Assembly: GCA_951406725.2 (NCBI GenBank)
Contig: OX597828.1
Coordinates: 4,464,001 to 4,528,000 of the forward strand
DNA: 64,000 bases
Source: Octopus vulgaris
Taxonomy: Eukaryota
Reading direction: 5' to 3'
The notes beneath the pieces were generated by a model. That model saw nothing but the letters and a program-made list of their open reading frames with translations. It had not been told where the DNA came from and did not search any database. Below are positions 12,940-28,900 of this stretch, in pieces; positions within the stretch are counted from its first letter, which is position 1, and each line of letters opens with the position of its first letter. A program made the translations under genes and the position numbers.

Positions 12940-14200
12940 AAATGATCATTAGAAATTACTTGATTTACCTCTTTCTTAAATGACTCTACGCTCCTCATGT
13001 TAGTATTCATAAGGGTCTTTATATAAATAACCCTTCTAAACAAGTACCACTAAGAAACAATAAATATCATGTAGGCAGTATCAATAATAACATATAGTAT
13101 AACGTTAGATTTAAAAAATGATTAGTGTAAAATATGAAAGTTCCGTAACATAAATATTTCTTTAGCTGATACCAGGTATCAGATTTTTTTTTTTGATATT
13201 AGCTAAATAAGTAAATATATAATTGTTAGTCTAATATATATTGAATTATTATACTTTTCTATAAATCCTCTCTATTGGTGTTAATAAGCTACATATACTT
13301 TACCATAGTATTAGTAATTAAGCTATTTTATTCCTTTTCTATGGTGTTCTGCCCTACTTGATTATTTTATTTTATTTCTTTATTATTTTATAATTTACTT
13401 TTATTTATTCATAAAATTAATCTAATTTTTGTATCTCTATAAATTCATACTTACCTTATATAAAAGTACACTACTTATATAAAACTGCTTTGATTATAAT
13501 TTTATTAATATATAATTAGCATGTTCTTTTACCTCAATACTCCTTTATTAATATCTATATTCAGAGACACCATCTGACGTGTTAATATTTAAGTGTACAA
13601 TATGTATAAATATTAAACTATTTCTGGATAATTTCCTTTCCTCCCTCTATTGTGGTAAAAGTTTGGTGTATACTCAAAAGTATTCATAAATGTCTATCCT
13701 TTTGTTATAATATTCCTCTTAATAACCCTCTAAATAATCCTAAACTTTAATTGTATTTAACTAAAGTACTACATGATAAGACTTCCCCTGTTTCATTATC
13801 AATGGTCTTCTTATGGGCGACCCTCTTAATTGTAAGCTAACATCTTGTTTTAAGTTTTCCTCATGATATTGCTTCTAATAAATCTTGATTTGTATGACTA
13901 TACCAACTATGACTTCTGTCTGCTCCCTCAGCCCTACCCCTAACACATACTGCCCTCTGTTCTCTCAGCCTTAGATATACAAGGATTTGAAACCTAGTCT
14001 ATAAATTAAAACTGACCCCATAAAACACCCCCAAAAAATCAGTGAGAAGCAGAGTCAGTGACAATGTATATCTTCTTGATAACTTAGTAACTTCTATGCT
14101 GGAGTGAAGACAGCATGTTCTTTGTCTATCTCCTTAACTTCTTGGAGATTTTAGGTAAATTATGCTAATGTGTCCATCTGTTCTAATTTAATTAAATTCT
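12940..14200 (-). pseudogene. Possible highly decayed L1/Tx1-like non-LTR ORF2 3' region
   Basis: Strand-skewed, non-microsatellite block. Minus-strand peptides FLGVFY (~14030), R..LTIK (~13830) and LP..EGG (~13650, frameshifted) occur in the order expected downstream of an L1/Tx1 RT. No intact ORF. Confidence 0.3.
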
Positions 14201-14306
14201 ATGTCTTTGTGCAGCTGAGGATTACTCTGCATTTTGAATTGATGTAATGATTGCATTGTTCAATTAAATGGATTTTCATGAAACGATCGTATTGCATTAC
14301 CTACAC

Positions 14307-15178
14307 GATACAAAGAAAACAAGGACGGGTCATTCGGAGTTTTCTGTCCTCAGTCGAGTTCCAGATTGTCTTTGTAATTTCGGCTGCTTATACTCGAGAT
14401 TGCTCCAATTTGGCCAGCCCCATGGAACAACTAAGCTAACAACATTAGATTCCTTGGAAGAAAGTAGCGAATGTATACGAAAACAAGGAAGAAAAGACAC
14501 AGAGAATACAAATAACACAAATACAAATAACAGAACATATCAACAGGTGTCTTTCAACTAAGGATGAATTGAATTAAGCTGCCGTATGTGAAAGTAAAGC
14601 CTTACGACAGGGACACAAGACTTCTTAAGCACAGGAAGGAATAGAGATGCTGCAAGGCCGGCGGCCGGACCAATAAATAAAGGTCAGACTTGTGTGATCA
14701 CCGGTCACGTGGGGGAGAGAATTCAGAGACGGTAGAGGCAAAGGGATAGAAGAAATAAGGAGGGGCGAGAATAAAGGACAGGGACGCAGTGAATTGAAAA
14801 GTGGAGGGAAAGCGAGCATGAAGAGAAGGTAAGGAAATGTGAGGGGGGAACAAAAGAACGAAAAGTGGAATGTACGAAGTAAGCGTGAAAGAGCGGATAA
14901 AAAAGAAGGAAAGAATAAAAGAATAGAAGAATACAGTAGTACAAGATTTAGATGAATATATACTTACATATAAGAGACCAAAGCGTACATACGCGTTTAT
15001 ATGTTTTATATATAAAAAAATACAAACTGTGACAAGAACGCATAACATCCGGACAATTAGGTAATACAAAAAAGGGACAGCAAAACATCAAGATAGACGA
15101 TACAAAGAAAACAAGGACGGGTCATTGGGAGTTTTCTCTCCTCAGTTGAGTTCCAGATTATCTTTGCAATTTCGGCTG
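14307..15178 (-). mobile_element. Non-coding terminally redundant element (family A)
   Basis: An 80-bp direct repeat lies at 14307-14386 and 15099-15178 (period 792). Shares CCACGTGACC and AATCTAATG..TTAGCTTA motifs and the terminal motif with family B. Confidence 0.65.
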
Positions 15179-15211
15179 ATATATATATATATATATGATA
15201 CTAATGATAAA

Positions 15212-17660
<2,449 letters not shown>

Positions 17661-17679
17661 AATAATAATAATAATAATG

Positions 17680-17774
<95 letters not shown>
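17661..17774 (+). repeat. (AAT)n microsatellite, 3' flank of the Dong-like element
   Basis: Direct reading. Confidence 0.95.
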
Positions 17775-17775
<1 letters not shown>

Positions 17776-18030
17776 GGTAAAATTTATTAATAATTAATAA
17801 TTTTACCAAGTAGTTCGGTGTGTTGAAAGAACCATTATCATTAAAAGACCTTATACATTTGTTTTTCTCTTTACCTGCGTGAGTTGAGAGTAATACTCTC
17901 TGAGAGATACATACGGTAATGGAATAACATTTAACTGGTATTTCTAAATTCCCGTATGTGGTGAAGCAATTTTTGCTGAACCGTATTTATAATTATGCTT
18001 ATAATTATAGAATTTATATGTGTGTATGTG

Positions 18031-18106
<76 letters not shown>

Positions 18107-18114
18107 CATATATG

Positions 18115-18159
<45 letters not shown>

Positions 18160-20569
18160 TTGTGTTTGTGTATACACACATGACAGTGTGTGTTTGCATA
18201 TATATTTTTATGTCATCGAATGGCTTTGAAACTCTACTTTCTAGAGAAAAACGGATTTCATTTTAGAAATCTTTGTCGAAGGAATATGTTTTTGTTACGA
18301 TAATCAGGATATATAAATGTCTACGCGAAATAATTCAACATTCATATCGCTAATATTGAATTCTATTAGAAGTTCCCGTCTTAAAATCATGGGATATCTT
18401 AGTGTGTGTACGTTTGTGTGCGCGTCTCGTGATCCGCCAGTGATACTTAACTCTTTGTCTAACTTCCTCCCTCTCTCTGTGTGTCTCTGTCATATACACT
18501 TTTCCCCTTTCTCAGTCTCTCTATATATTTACCGCACTCTCTTTCACTCACCCTTTATCTCACTGTATATGTCTATCTCTAACACATGCATCTCTTCCCC
18601 TCTCTCTCTCTTTCTTGATATAACATGTTGTGCAAATCAGTCACATCGCATGAAACGTGATCGCTTGTCAATTTTCCTCTCGCTATTTGTCTACTTTCTG
18701 TCTTTTACGCCTTTTTAATTGGAAACTTCCCATTCTTAAGGTATTTTTTACTATAGTCTCTCTCATGCATCGTTTAGAAGAGCCTTCGTCGCAGAGACCC
18801 AGGTGAAGATGTGCCATTTCAATTCAAACGACTTCAATTTCCAGTGATTCTTTATTTTGTTACAGTCGTAAACAAGTCGTAAGAGATAACATTGTTAATT
18901 GGCAGTTTACGCCTTGAAGATCCCAAAGGAATCTGTTGTGAAAATAACCAAGCAACGATAGGCTACCGAGCTAATACACGGAGGTGCATACACACACGCG
19001 TGCGCCCGCTTGTATGTCAGCACAAATACATATATATGAAGATATTCTGTTTCAAAACTAGGCACAAATACACATGCAATCACTGAAGCATATACGCAAA
19101 TGCTCATGATTGCGGAGACGAATATATGCTTGAGTGTACTACAGAATAACCACAGTGGATTTTAGGCAAATAAATGTAACCTATACATTGGAAAACCTCA
19201 ACTTCATAGGAAATCTTAACACTAAATAGGAACAAATAAAATTGACTATATAACATATATACGAAACGTCCCTATGTCTATCTGTGATATAAACTGTAAA
19301 TGACAACTAATATAATACTTAATAATGTAAAGAATTTGAAACAAATAACCAGCAATAATAAATTCACAAACGGTGACCATGGTTATAGGATATAATATAA
19401 CTATCCCAAAATAAAATGATATCGGTTTCAGCATACAATTTAGAAACAAAATTCTTGCAATTTTAGTCTCTGAATGTCGTATTGCAACAAGAACATATAT
19501 ATTCTCTTTCTGTTCAGGAAACGAAAGTGTACATAATTCTCGTGTTTTTATAAAGCATCTCAACAATCGAATAACAAAATATGCTGGGGGAAAGTATTAT
19601 TCATGTGTGGTTAAAATCACAGTCAGGCAACAAACATAATGAAACGATATTCGCCATATTTGTTTATAAAATATATTGCATGGAAATTTGAGTCATTGTA
19701 CGTTCTTAAATGTTTGGATTGTTTCCGTACACTGTACGTTTCAATACCAGAGTTAATATGAAGAGAAAAACGTCTTGAAACTCTCATTAGTATGCTGCTT
19801 GTATCATATTACATTTGCATATACTTTTAAAGATATAAATGAATTATATCATTATATATATATCATATTCATACATACGCACAAACACACATATATTTAT
19901 GTAAGCGACAGAAGTATAATGAGCACCAAAAATATTTATATCAATTGAAAAGTGTATTAGAACACATATTATCATGAGAGAATCTCATAAATTTGCTACC
20001 GGCACTTTTGTTTACATCGCTAGTGAGTAAGTAAATCACCTACTATCGCCAATATGGAGACCACTAGGTCACGTGTCTCCGACTTTCCTTGGTCTTGTCA
20101 ATGGCGGACGAGTATATGTATCACATACAATTACCGATACCATTTATGACCGAGGTACATTGTCAGTAATCCCATTTTTGTAACTTTTCTATAACTATTT
20201 TAAATCATATTTTCATATTTATATCAAAATTTGCATCGTTAATAAATGTAGAAGACTCAGTGAGAATTCTCGTTAGTTTTGTAATGCATTGTCGTATTTT
20301 ACTCTCTATTATTCTTAATTCCAAATCAGCTCCGTCATATATAAATGCAAGCACATATATTAACACACAGAGAAATCCTGTGGCTGACTCGGTGTTTCCA
20401 CATATGCAGGCACATAACAATATGCGTGATTTAACATTATAACGTTCTGTTCTTTCTTTGATGTAATGTATATTATATCACAAGCAAAAACCCATTCATT
20501 CCACTTTCGCGGAATAATTCCCATTGGATATATCATACACTTTACGGATGTTAAATGCTGCAATGGGAA

Positions 20570-20880
20570 AGGACGTGGCTTGGTGGTTAGGATATTCAGT
20601 TTACGGTTGTAAGGTCGTGAGTTCGATTGCCAGTGGAGCATTGAGCAAAACACTTTATTTCACGTTGCTCCAGTCCATTCAACTGACAAAAATGAGTAGT
20701 AACTGTATTTCAAAGGGTCAGATTTGTCACATTCTGTGTCACTCTGAATCTCTCTGAGAGCTAGATTAATGGTATTCCTGATTATGGAGTGCTCAGCCAC
20801 CTTCACCTTAATTCCACGAGCAGGCTGTTCCCTTTACCAGTTCAATTGAAACCCACGTCGTCGTACTGACGGGGTGCCAT
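20570..20880 (+). mobile_element. tRNA-derived SINE (family 4)
   Basis: GTGGCTTGGTGGTTAGG...GAGTTCGATTGCC, TTGAGCAAAACACTTTATTTCACG, ends GTCGT...GACGGGGTGCCA. Homologous to 34083-34385 and 42430-42700. Confidence 0.75.
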
Positions 20881-22272
20881 TTTAAAACTTTTTTTTTAAA
20901 TGAGAAGCAGATAACAGTTATGAAGAACAGCACCATGTCTGTGATCCGATGACAAACAGAAGGAAACATTAGAAGGTTGGAAGATGACCAAATGTTTAGG
21001 AAACGTGAATCTCTGTCAAATATTTAAATGGTTTGAATCACTGAAGAAAGGGCCGTGCCTTTCAGATTTTACCGAATATCCAAAGAGACTCCGAAGGTGT
21101 TATTGTGAGACAAGCGATCTGGAAAGCCTACAATTGGCAAAATAATAAAAAGAAAATACTTTCCAGCTTGGATTGATATCGATCTCCAAATGTGTCAATT
21201 CACTACTACTCAAAATTTCTATCACTGAGAGCTTTATAATTCGTGCAATATAAAATTTAGTGCTTTTAGGATCAGTTTGTATTTTCAATCTGTGGATCAT
21301 ATTATCTGTTATAAGTAAATTATAATGTAAGGGCTTGCTTTAAATAGTCATGGATACCGAGAAACATCACTGATCCTTTTACTTCTTAATAGTAGAAGAC
21401 TAAGCAATCATTCGTCTAACACATTAGTATGACCTCTTCATTGAAGGCTAATTCAATTTAAGGAAAAGTGTTTCGACGTAAGGTAGAATAACTGGTCATG
21501 TGTTTGCTTTCTAATCTAATTAATCTATGTGATCGAAAACACGTTATCATTCTAAAAGCATTTTTACGCATCTTTAAACTTTCTTAACTTTTATCATAAA
21601 ACTGTCGTTTGACGCAATGTAATTGATAACATTGGTTTTTGTCAAGAATAATCGTATATATAATCAGTACGCATAATATTTCCGCTTTCCTAAATAATCT
21701 GTGTAATCTTAGTAAAATCAAAAAGTTTTAGAAGCCAAAGAGCTGGGTGGTACAGGGTGCTATAACAGATTAAATGCAACCGCCGTCTGGGAGGTTTCAT
21801 GATTGCTTCTAGATAAAGGAAACATTTCAGAGCAAAAAGAAAGCACCGGGAAAATGAAGCATAATCTAAACATCACAGGAAATTGCAGTATTATATTTGG
21901 TTCATTAATGAATCAATTAGATTAGCTCCAGTTTGTTATGCTAGATGTCAGGAAGTAAATTGAAATCGTTTATGTTTGGCTTCTTTTCCGCTAACTGAGC
22001 AAGAGGACCAGTTCACCATGGTAACAAAACGGTATAAAGCGTTGAAAATGAGTGGAATGAAAAGACAAGATAAAAGCGTGGGTTCTTTAAAGAAACGTGA
22101 CTTTCTTATTAAACCAAAAAGGTGCATGTCGACTGGCGTAAAAGTTTATTAGACGATTCTTGAAAAGAAATAATCTAATCAACTGCTGATTTTAATCAAA
22201 TATTAATTATACTGTCCAAGCAATTTAAATTAACGTACCTCGAGCTACAAATCTTAAATATGTATAGATATA

Positions 22273-22336
<64 letters not shown>

Positions 22337-22458
22337 GTGCGTGCGTGTGCGCGCGCATGTGAGTGTATGTATGTGTATATTTGTGTATATGTATAAACGC
22401 ACACGATAACACTCGCGCAAATCACACACACACACATACATATATGTATATATGTGTT

Positions 22459-22516
<58 letters not shown>

Positions 22517-24643
22517 TTTATATACATATACATATACATACATACATATATATATATATGTATGTGTGTGTGTGTGTGTGTGTGTATAAAGATGATGGAG
22601 TTCATTCAAGATTCGTATGGGCCACACACTAAAGGGTACTCTCTTATAGAAACTTATGTAGTGGTTAAAAAGCTCGAACCACACACGCAACGAATAGGTG
22701 GTACAACGTATGGCTGGTACTAGTAGCCACATACACACATCAAGCCAGGAAACCATTGCAAATATGAATTGGTCATCTGTTTGTCGAAGGGCAAACGTAA
22801 CAATACACTACGCAATTTACTCAGAACTCTGAGGATCGACTCTGAAATAACTCATAAACACGGTACAATTTGAGATTTGCTGAATGCCCTTACATATGCA
22901 ACCGCCCTTCCACCATATCTTTGTACAAGTGAGAAAAATGATAATGTGTTAATAAGCAACATCAAGGTTTCTATGTTAACGATCACATCGATGGGATCCG
23001 AAATATTTGCAATGAAATTGCAATATAACTGAGTATAATTGGCCATGTGAAAAGACAAAAATATGCTCCTCAAGTACGAAGATCAAAGAATATTATAACT
23101 GGATTTAGGTGAAATTCTCCTACTTACACCAAAGCACCAAGAGTACTATTCTTGCGTTATTTTACAGTGTGTCCGCTAACCATCTCATGCATAAGTCCTA
23201 TGTAATTTTTTAGAAGTTATGAAATGTTGGTGGATGTTTGATTTCACTGGTTGAACTCCTAGTTATCCTCCTCTCAAGTTAGACCTGTAAGAGAGCAAAT
23301 CTTTGCTAATGCTACCACGAACATTTAAAAGGCCGCGCCGTGTTACATATAATAAGCATGTGGTCTCACAGTATGCTGAGTAACCTGATCAATTTTACAA
23401 ATATATGTATGTGCTCATATTCTTCACTAAATTAATAACCTAATCAAAAGTTATGTGAGCATGCACAGATACATTAGAATCTATTTCATTTTATACTAAG
23501 AAAAGATGCAGGTTGCTACTAAGGAAGGGCATGCAAGTAGTCAATATTTGGCTTACATCTATAACTGAAGTATTTGTATTTTACTTCAAGATATACGATT
23601 ATATATTATTATAACTGCCACTTACAACACCAGCATCATTGCAGCCCAAAATGAAACCCTTAACCTGAAAATCTGTTGACAACGTATAAAATGATGTAGC
23701 GCGTGTTTTATCGGACAACACAGTCCAAAAAGAAAAAATAAAGGATCAAACAAACAAATAAAGAAGATTGTCATCTAACGGTAAATTATTCAACAAATCC
23801 TTAATCTGAGGAAGAAAAGAAAAATAGGAGAAGCCGGAAATATTAGCCATTTTGCATAACATAACTTTCAGTCTAAAAGTTTCCTCCTTAATTGCTAAAA
23901 CCTTTTGTAAATATTCTCCCGAACATCAAAAACATTACAAAATATTTCAAACGATGTTAAACTCTGATATAGAGCTTCTTCACATTTTTCACAAGCGATC
24001 AAGAAATCTACAAATTATTTACACTAACAATGCAAGCACTCTATGTATTTGCAATCGTACAAATAACAACATAGGCGCCTCCAAAGGAAAATATCTAATC
24101 TAAGTACGTTTTTAAGACATACCATATATTTTCTGAATTCTATATTGGTATTATTACGAATACTTTTAATCAAAGATTATGCCAAAAATATTTTATATTT
24201 AGCCAGGAGATAAAAATAATACTCACGAAAATACATGCGACATTTGAAAGACAGTAACATGCGCTTTAGCATCCCGTAAAAGACCTTATTTAGAGACAGC
24301 CAATAAAAAATAAAGAAAAAAGTGCATGGGCATTAGAAAAATAAAAACAATTGCTAAGTCTTTCGTTTAGTTTTACTGTATTTGTTTAGTTAATCCTTAG
24401 ATTAAACGTACAAAGTGAGGAAGAGCAGTGGTTCTTACTAGGGGTCTCCTTACTGGTACCCTTCACTCGATATTACAATAGAGGCAGATATATAAATTTT
24501 GTTCGTTCAACTTACTTACCCTTTACTATCAACTCCTCTTCCAACTTTAATCAGTTCCTACAACTACTTTTCACACCTAAACTAGTTTCTTAGCTTTTTT
24601 TTATATTTTTTAAATTTTAATCTGAGATCGTGTGCTGAAACAA

Positions 24644-24907
24644 AAACAATTGCAGCGTGGAAGGTGTTTATAAGCCATTTAAGAAACACACAAAAGCCGT
24701 TCGATTCACTTCAACATTTAAGTTTAATTTGTCAAAATATTTTCGTCGCTAAAATCCGCGACCTGTTCACTGACAAAAATCAGTGCTGCATCTGAGAAAG
24801 TAACAGTTAGTTCGTCATATATATGTACGTATGTATGTGTGTATGTATGTATACATGTGTGTATGTATGTATGTATGCATGTACGTACATACGCCTGTGT
24901 ATGTATG

Positions 24908-24941
<34 letters not shown>

Positions 24942-24959
24942 TGTATGTATGTATGTATG

Positions 24960-24990
<31 letters not shown>

Positions 24991-26236
24991 GTGTGTGTAT
25001 ATGCACGCACATACATACTCTAAACATAAAGCTATAAACCTGTAGCGATGGATAGATGTAGAGTGACCACTCATCACAATAATATCAAATTTCAACTTCT
25101 CCCGCCGAAGCCTGGAAGTGATTTAAGACCCTTACTCCCAAAACTATACCCTAAAACCTATTATCAGATATTTATCTCTATTTCACAGAACTTTTGTTTT
25201 ACTATTGTGCGTATGTATGTATGTATGTATGTGCGTATGTATGTAAGTATGTATGTATGTATGTATGTATGTATGTATGTATGTATGTATGTATGTATGT
25301 ATGTGTGTATGTACATACGTACGCATGTGCGTATGTATGTATACGCGCACATATGCATGTGCCCATGTATGTGTGTGCGTATGTACGTGTGTATGCCCAT
25401 ACGTAGGTATGTATGTATGTACTCATGTGCTACGTATGTATGTGAGTGTCTAGGAGAATGGGCAGACGTTTCTGTGAGTGTGTGTACATGTGTATGTGTA
25501 TGTGAACGTGTGTCCGTGTACTGGCATGTGTCCGTCCAAAGTAACAGTCATGTACACAACTTAGACGGACACATGCCAGTACACGGACACACGTTCACAT
25601 ACACATACACATGTACACACTCTCACAGACACGTCTGCCCATTCTCCTAGACACTCACATACATACGTAGCACATGAGTACATACATACATACATACGCA
25701 CATACATACATACATACGCACAATAGTAAAACAAAAGTTCTGTGATATAGAGATAAATATCTGATAATAGGTTTTAGGGTATAGTTTTGGGAGTAAGGGT
25801 CTTAAATCACTTCCAGGCTTCGGCGGGAGAAGTTGAAATTTGATATTATTGTGATGAGTGGTCACTCTACATCTATCCATCGCTACAGGTTTATAGCTTT
25901 ATGTTTATAGTGTGTATGTGCGTGCATATACACACACATACATATATACATACATACATACATACATACATACATGCATACACAGGCGTATGTACGTACA
26001 TGCATACATACATACATACACACATGTATACATACATACACACATACATACGTACATATATATGACGAACTAACTGTTACTTTCTCAGATGCAGCACGGA
26101 TTTTTGTCAGTGAACAGGTCGCCGATTTTAGCGACGAAAATATTTTGACAAATTAAACTTAAATGTTGAAGTGAATCGAACGGCTTTTGTGTGTTTCTTA
26201 AATGGCTTATAAACACCTTCCACGCTGCAATTGTTT
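24644..26236. repeat. 1.6-kb foldback (head-to-head inverted duplication) with ~20-bp spacer
   Basis: 24644-~25540 is the reverse complement of ~25559-26236. Identical peptides MDRCRVTTHH... appear on both strands of the ORF track. The arms differ mainly in (TATG)n length. Confidence 0.95.
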
Positions 26237-26389
26237 ATATATATATATAAATAATTAGAAAAAAAACACCTTTTATCAATTCAAAATGAACAATTAAATT
26301 ATATTATATTGTGTGAAATTTAATTTAATATTTCTAAATTGAATTTTTTTCCTTGTAAGTTTGGATTTTATTCCCTCAAATAATAATTA

Positions 26390-26447
<58 letters not shown>

Positions 26448-27903
26448 ATATGTAGGTATTCTACACGTATGTTTGTAATCATGTATTCATGTATATATAC
26501 ACTCACACATACATTTGAAGATGCTGGTTTGTGTGAGATGTGGCTTTTTGTGTGTTCGTGCGTGCCTCCACCTGTACATGCTTAAAAAGCGAAGTACATC
26601 CTGGTGTTCAAAAACAACAACCCCTTTTCTACGTGCCACATCCCATGTCGTGAAATACAGCATTGTATCCAAGCAGGATGATCAGGATGATTTAATGGAA
26701 AACAATATATAGCATATTTATTACCTTCTTTATTGCCGGGTCTGAAGTGTACTTTTAGCTCTCGTCTTGAACATTTACTTTTATAGATTTACTGACACAT
26801 AACACACACAAGCATCGGCACACACTTACATACACACATTCACACACACAAACACACGCCACGCACACACACACATACACACACACACACACAAGGTACG
26901 CACACCCGCACGCACGCACGTACGCACTCTCGCACACAGAGATACTCACACAGACATATTCACGAATAAATGTATGTACATACACATGTACAGATTTATA
27001 CGTCACGTCGTAAAGAGCAAGGATTCTCGTTAAATGTCTTCGAATATGTCAGATATACTAAAGTGGCAAGTACCTGTCGACAACATTCCGACTGCCTCGA
27101 TAAGACATCGGATATTTATGGTCATTTCACTGTGCCTGCACAGTGATTGCTTCGTACGATTGAGCAAATATTTATCGCTAGAAGCTGTTCAGTCAGTGTT
27201 ATAATAATATTCGCTGTAATTTATTGGGTTATTTTAATAGCACATAAACATGCCTTCAACTCACCATAGAACATTTCTCTGTAAATTTTTTCTGCTTCTT
27301 AAATCTATGAAAATATTCACCGTTCGCTTTTTCGTACAACATTCTCCTAAACCACCTATTTTCAATTCTGTTTAGAGCTACGTGTATATAAAACTCATAG
27401 TGTTAATTCTAACATTGAAAAGAATATCTTATATATAAATCTGAAATTAAAAAACGAAAAAAAACTCTTTTTAAAGTACAACCGCATAATCTTCATTAGT
27501 CTAAGAACATTTTTCTATTAATAATCAATAACGTATATTATATGTTATTCTTCGCGAGCTTTCGGCGATAAATTCTTTAAAAGAAACATAAAGATATTAA
27601 CTAAAATGCTGTATGATTACACTCATAATAGGACCGGATAGCCATAAGATGAAATATATTCGAATAAAATGTAACACGCACACATAATGGAAGCATACAC
27701 TAAGAATATATAGAATATGTAGCAGAACACACGCGCATATATGCATATATACATACATAATTGTATATATGTATATATATATATATATACAAAAAGCAAT
27801 AACGATTCAAGTTAATTTAAATGAATTTACTTGAATATGGTACCTAACTTAGATGCACCAAAACAAACTATACTGTTTTAACAATACAATAATGTGGGGT
27901 GAT

Positions 27904-28008
27904 TATAAGCGAGAAAGAACAACAAGAATGGATAGGTTTTAGTACAATCGTTTCATACATTGTATGAAACGATACTAAAACCTATCCATTCTTGTTGTTC
28001 TTCTCGCT

Positions 28009-28012
<4 letters not shown>
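27904..28012. repeat. ~110-bp near-perfect palindrome
   Basis: tataagcgagaaagaacaacaagaatggataggttttagta...tactaaaacctatccattcttgttgttcttctcgcttata, centred at ~27960. Confidence 0.9.
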
Positions 28013-28079
<67 letters not shown>

Positions 28080-28659
28080 TATAATATATATGTGTGTGCG
28101 TGGCTATACCAATATGTAAAGGGAGAGAAAGCAAAATAGAGAGGGAGAGGGAGAGAGCAAGAAAATTATATATACATACATAGGAACATATGTAGCATGA
28201 ACGCATATGCATGCGCGTATGCATATCAAAACAATTATATTTTACTCACAGCACAATGTCAATGGGAAGGACCGCAATAAATTGCAAATATTAAAAACAG
28301 ATAGTAATCAATACGTTTAATAATATATTCTTGGTATTCTTTCGTTGTGCGGAAAAAATAAGCTGAGTTTTCTTACAGTGGCTCTCAGATAAAATGCACC
28401 CAGAAGCCCATCCAACAAGATGATTTCAATTATTGCATTATGAATAGAATACATATGTAATTCAAATTAATAACGAATCATCATAAGCACATATATTCAA
28501 ATCAAGCTATCGACCACAGTAATATTTAAGTTCTGAATGATTTATATACCAGCTGTATACAATGAATTAGCCCTCGCCTTCCCTATTAAGAAAAATCTTC
28601 GGGTATATGCTTGTGATTTTCTCTGTGTACACCCCCCCCCCCATACACACACATATATG

Positions 28660-28900
28660 GAGACGTATGACCTAGTGATTAGGGTATTGTACTCATGAGT
28701 GCGAGATCGTGGTTTCATTTCATGGAGCAGGTCGTGCGTTGTGTTCTTGAGCAAAACACTTCATTTCGACACCTGACGTACAGGATACCTTGTACATTTT
28801 CTGGCAACGTCGATTTTATGGAGGGAATGGGCTAATGTACAGCATATGCATTTGATCACTAATCATTTATGCACGTTGCTCAGCAAGAAATTGCAGAAAC
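28660..28900 (+). mobile_element. Degenerate tRNA-derived SINE (family 4-related)
   Basis: TGACCTAGTGATTAGGG...GTTCTTGAGCAAAACACTTCATTTC. Confidence 0.55.

Noticed and set aside
12940-14200. Possible NUMT because of AT richness and strand skew
   Set aside because: No recognisable mitochondrial gene, tRNA or rRNA motif; weak non-LTR motifs fit better.
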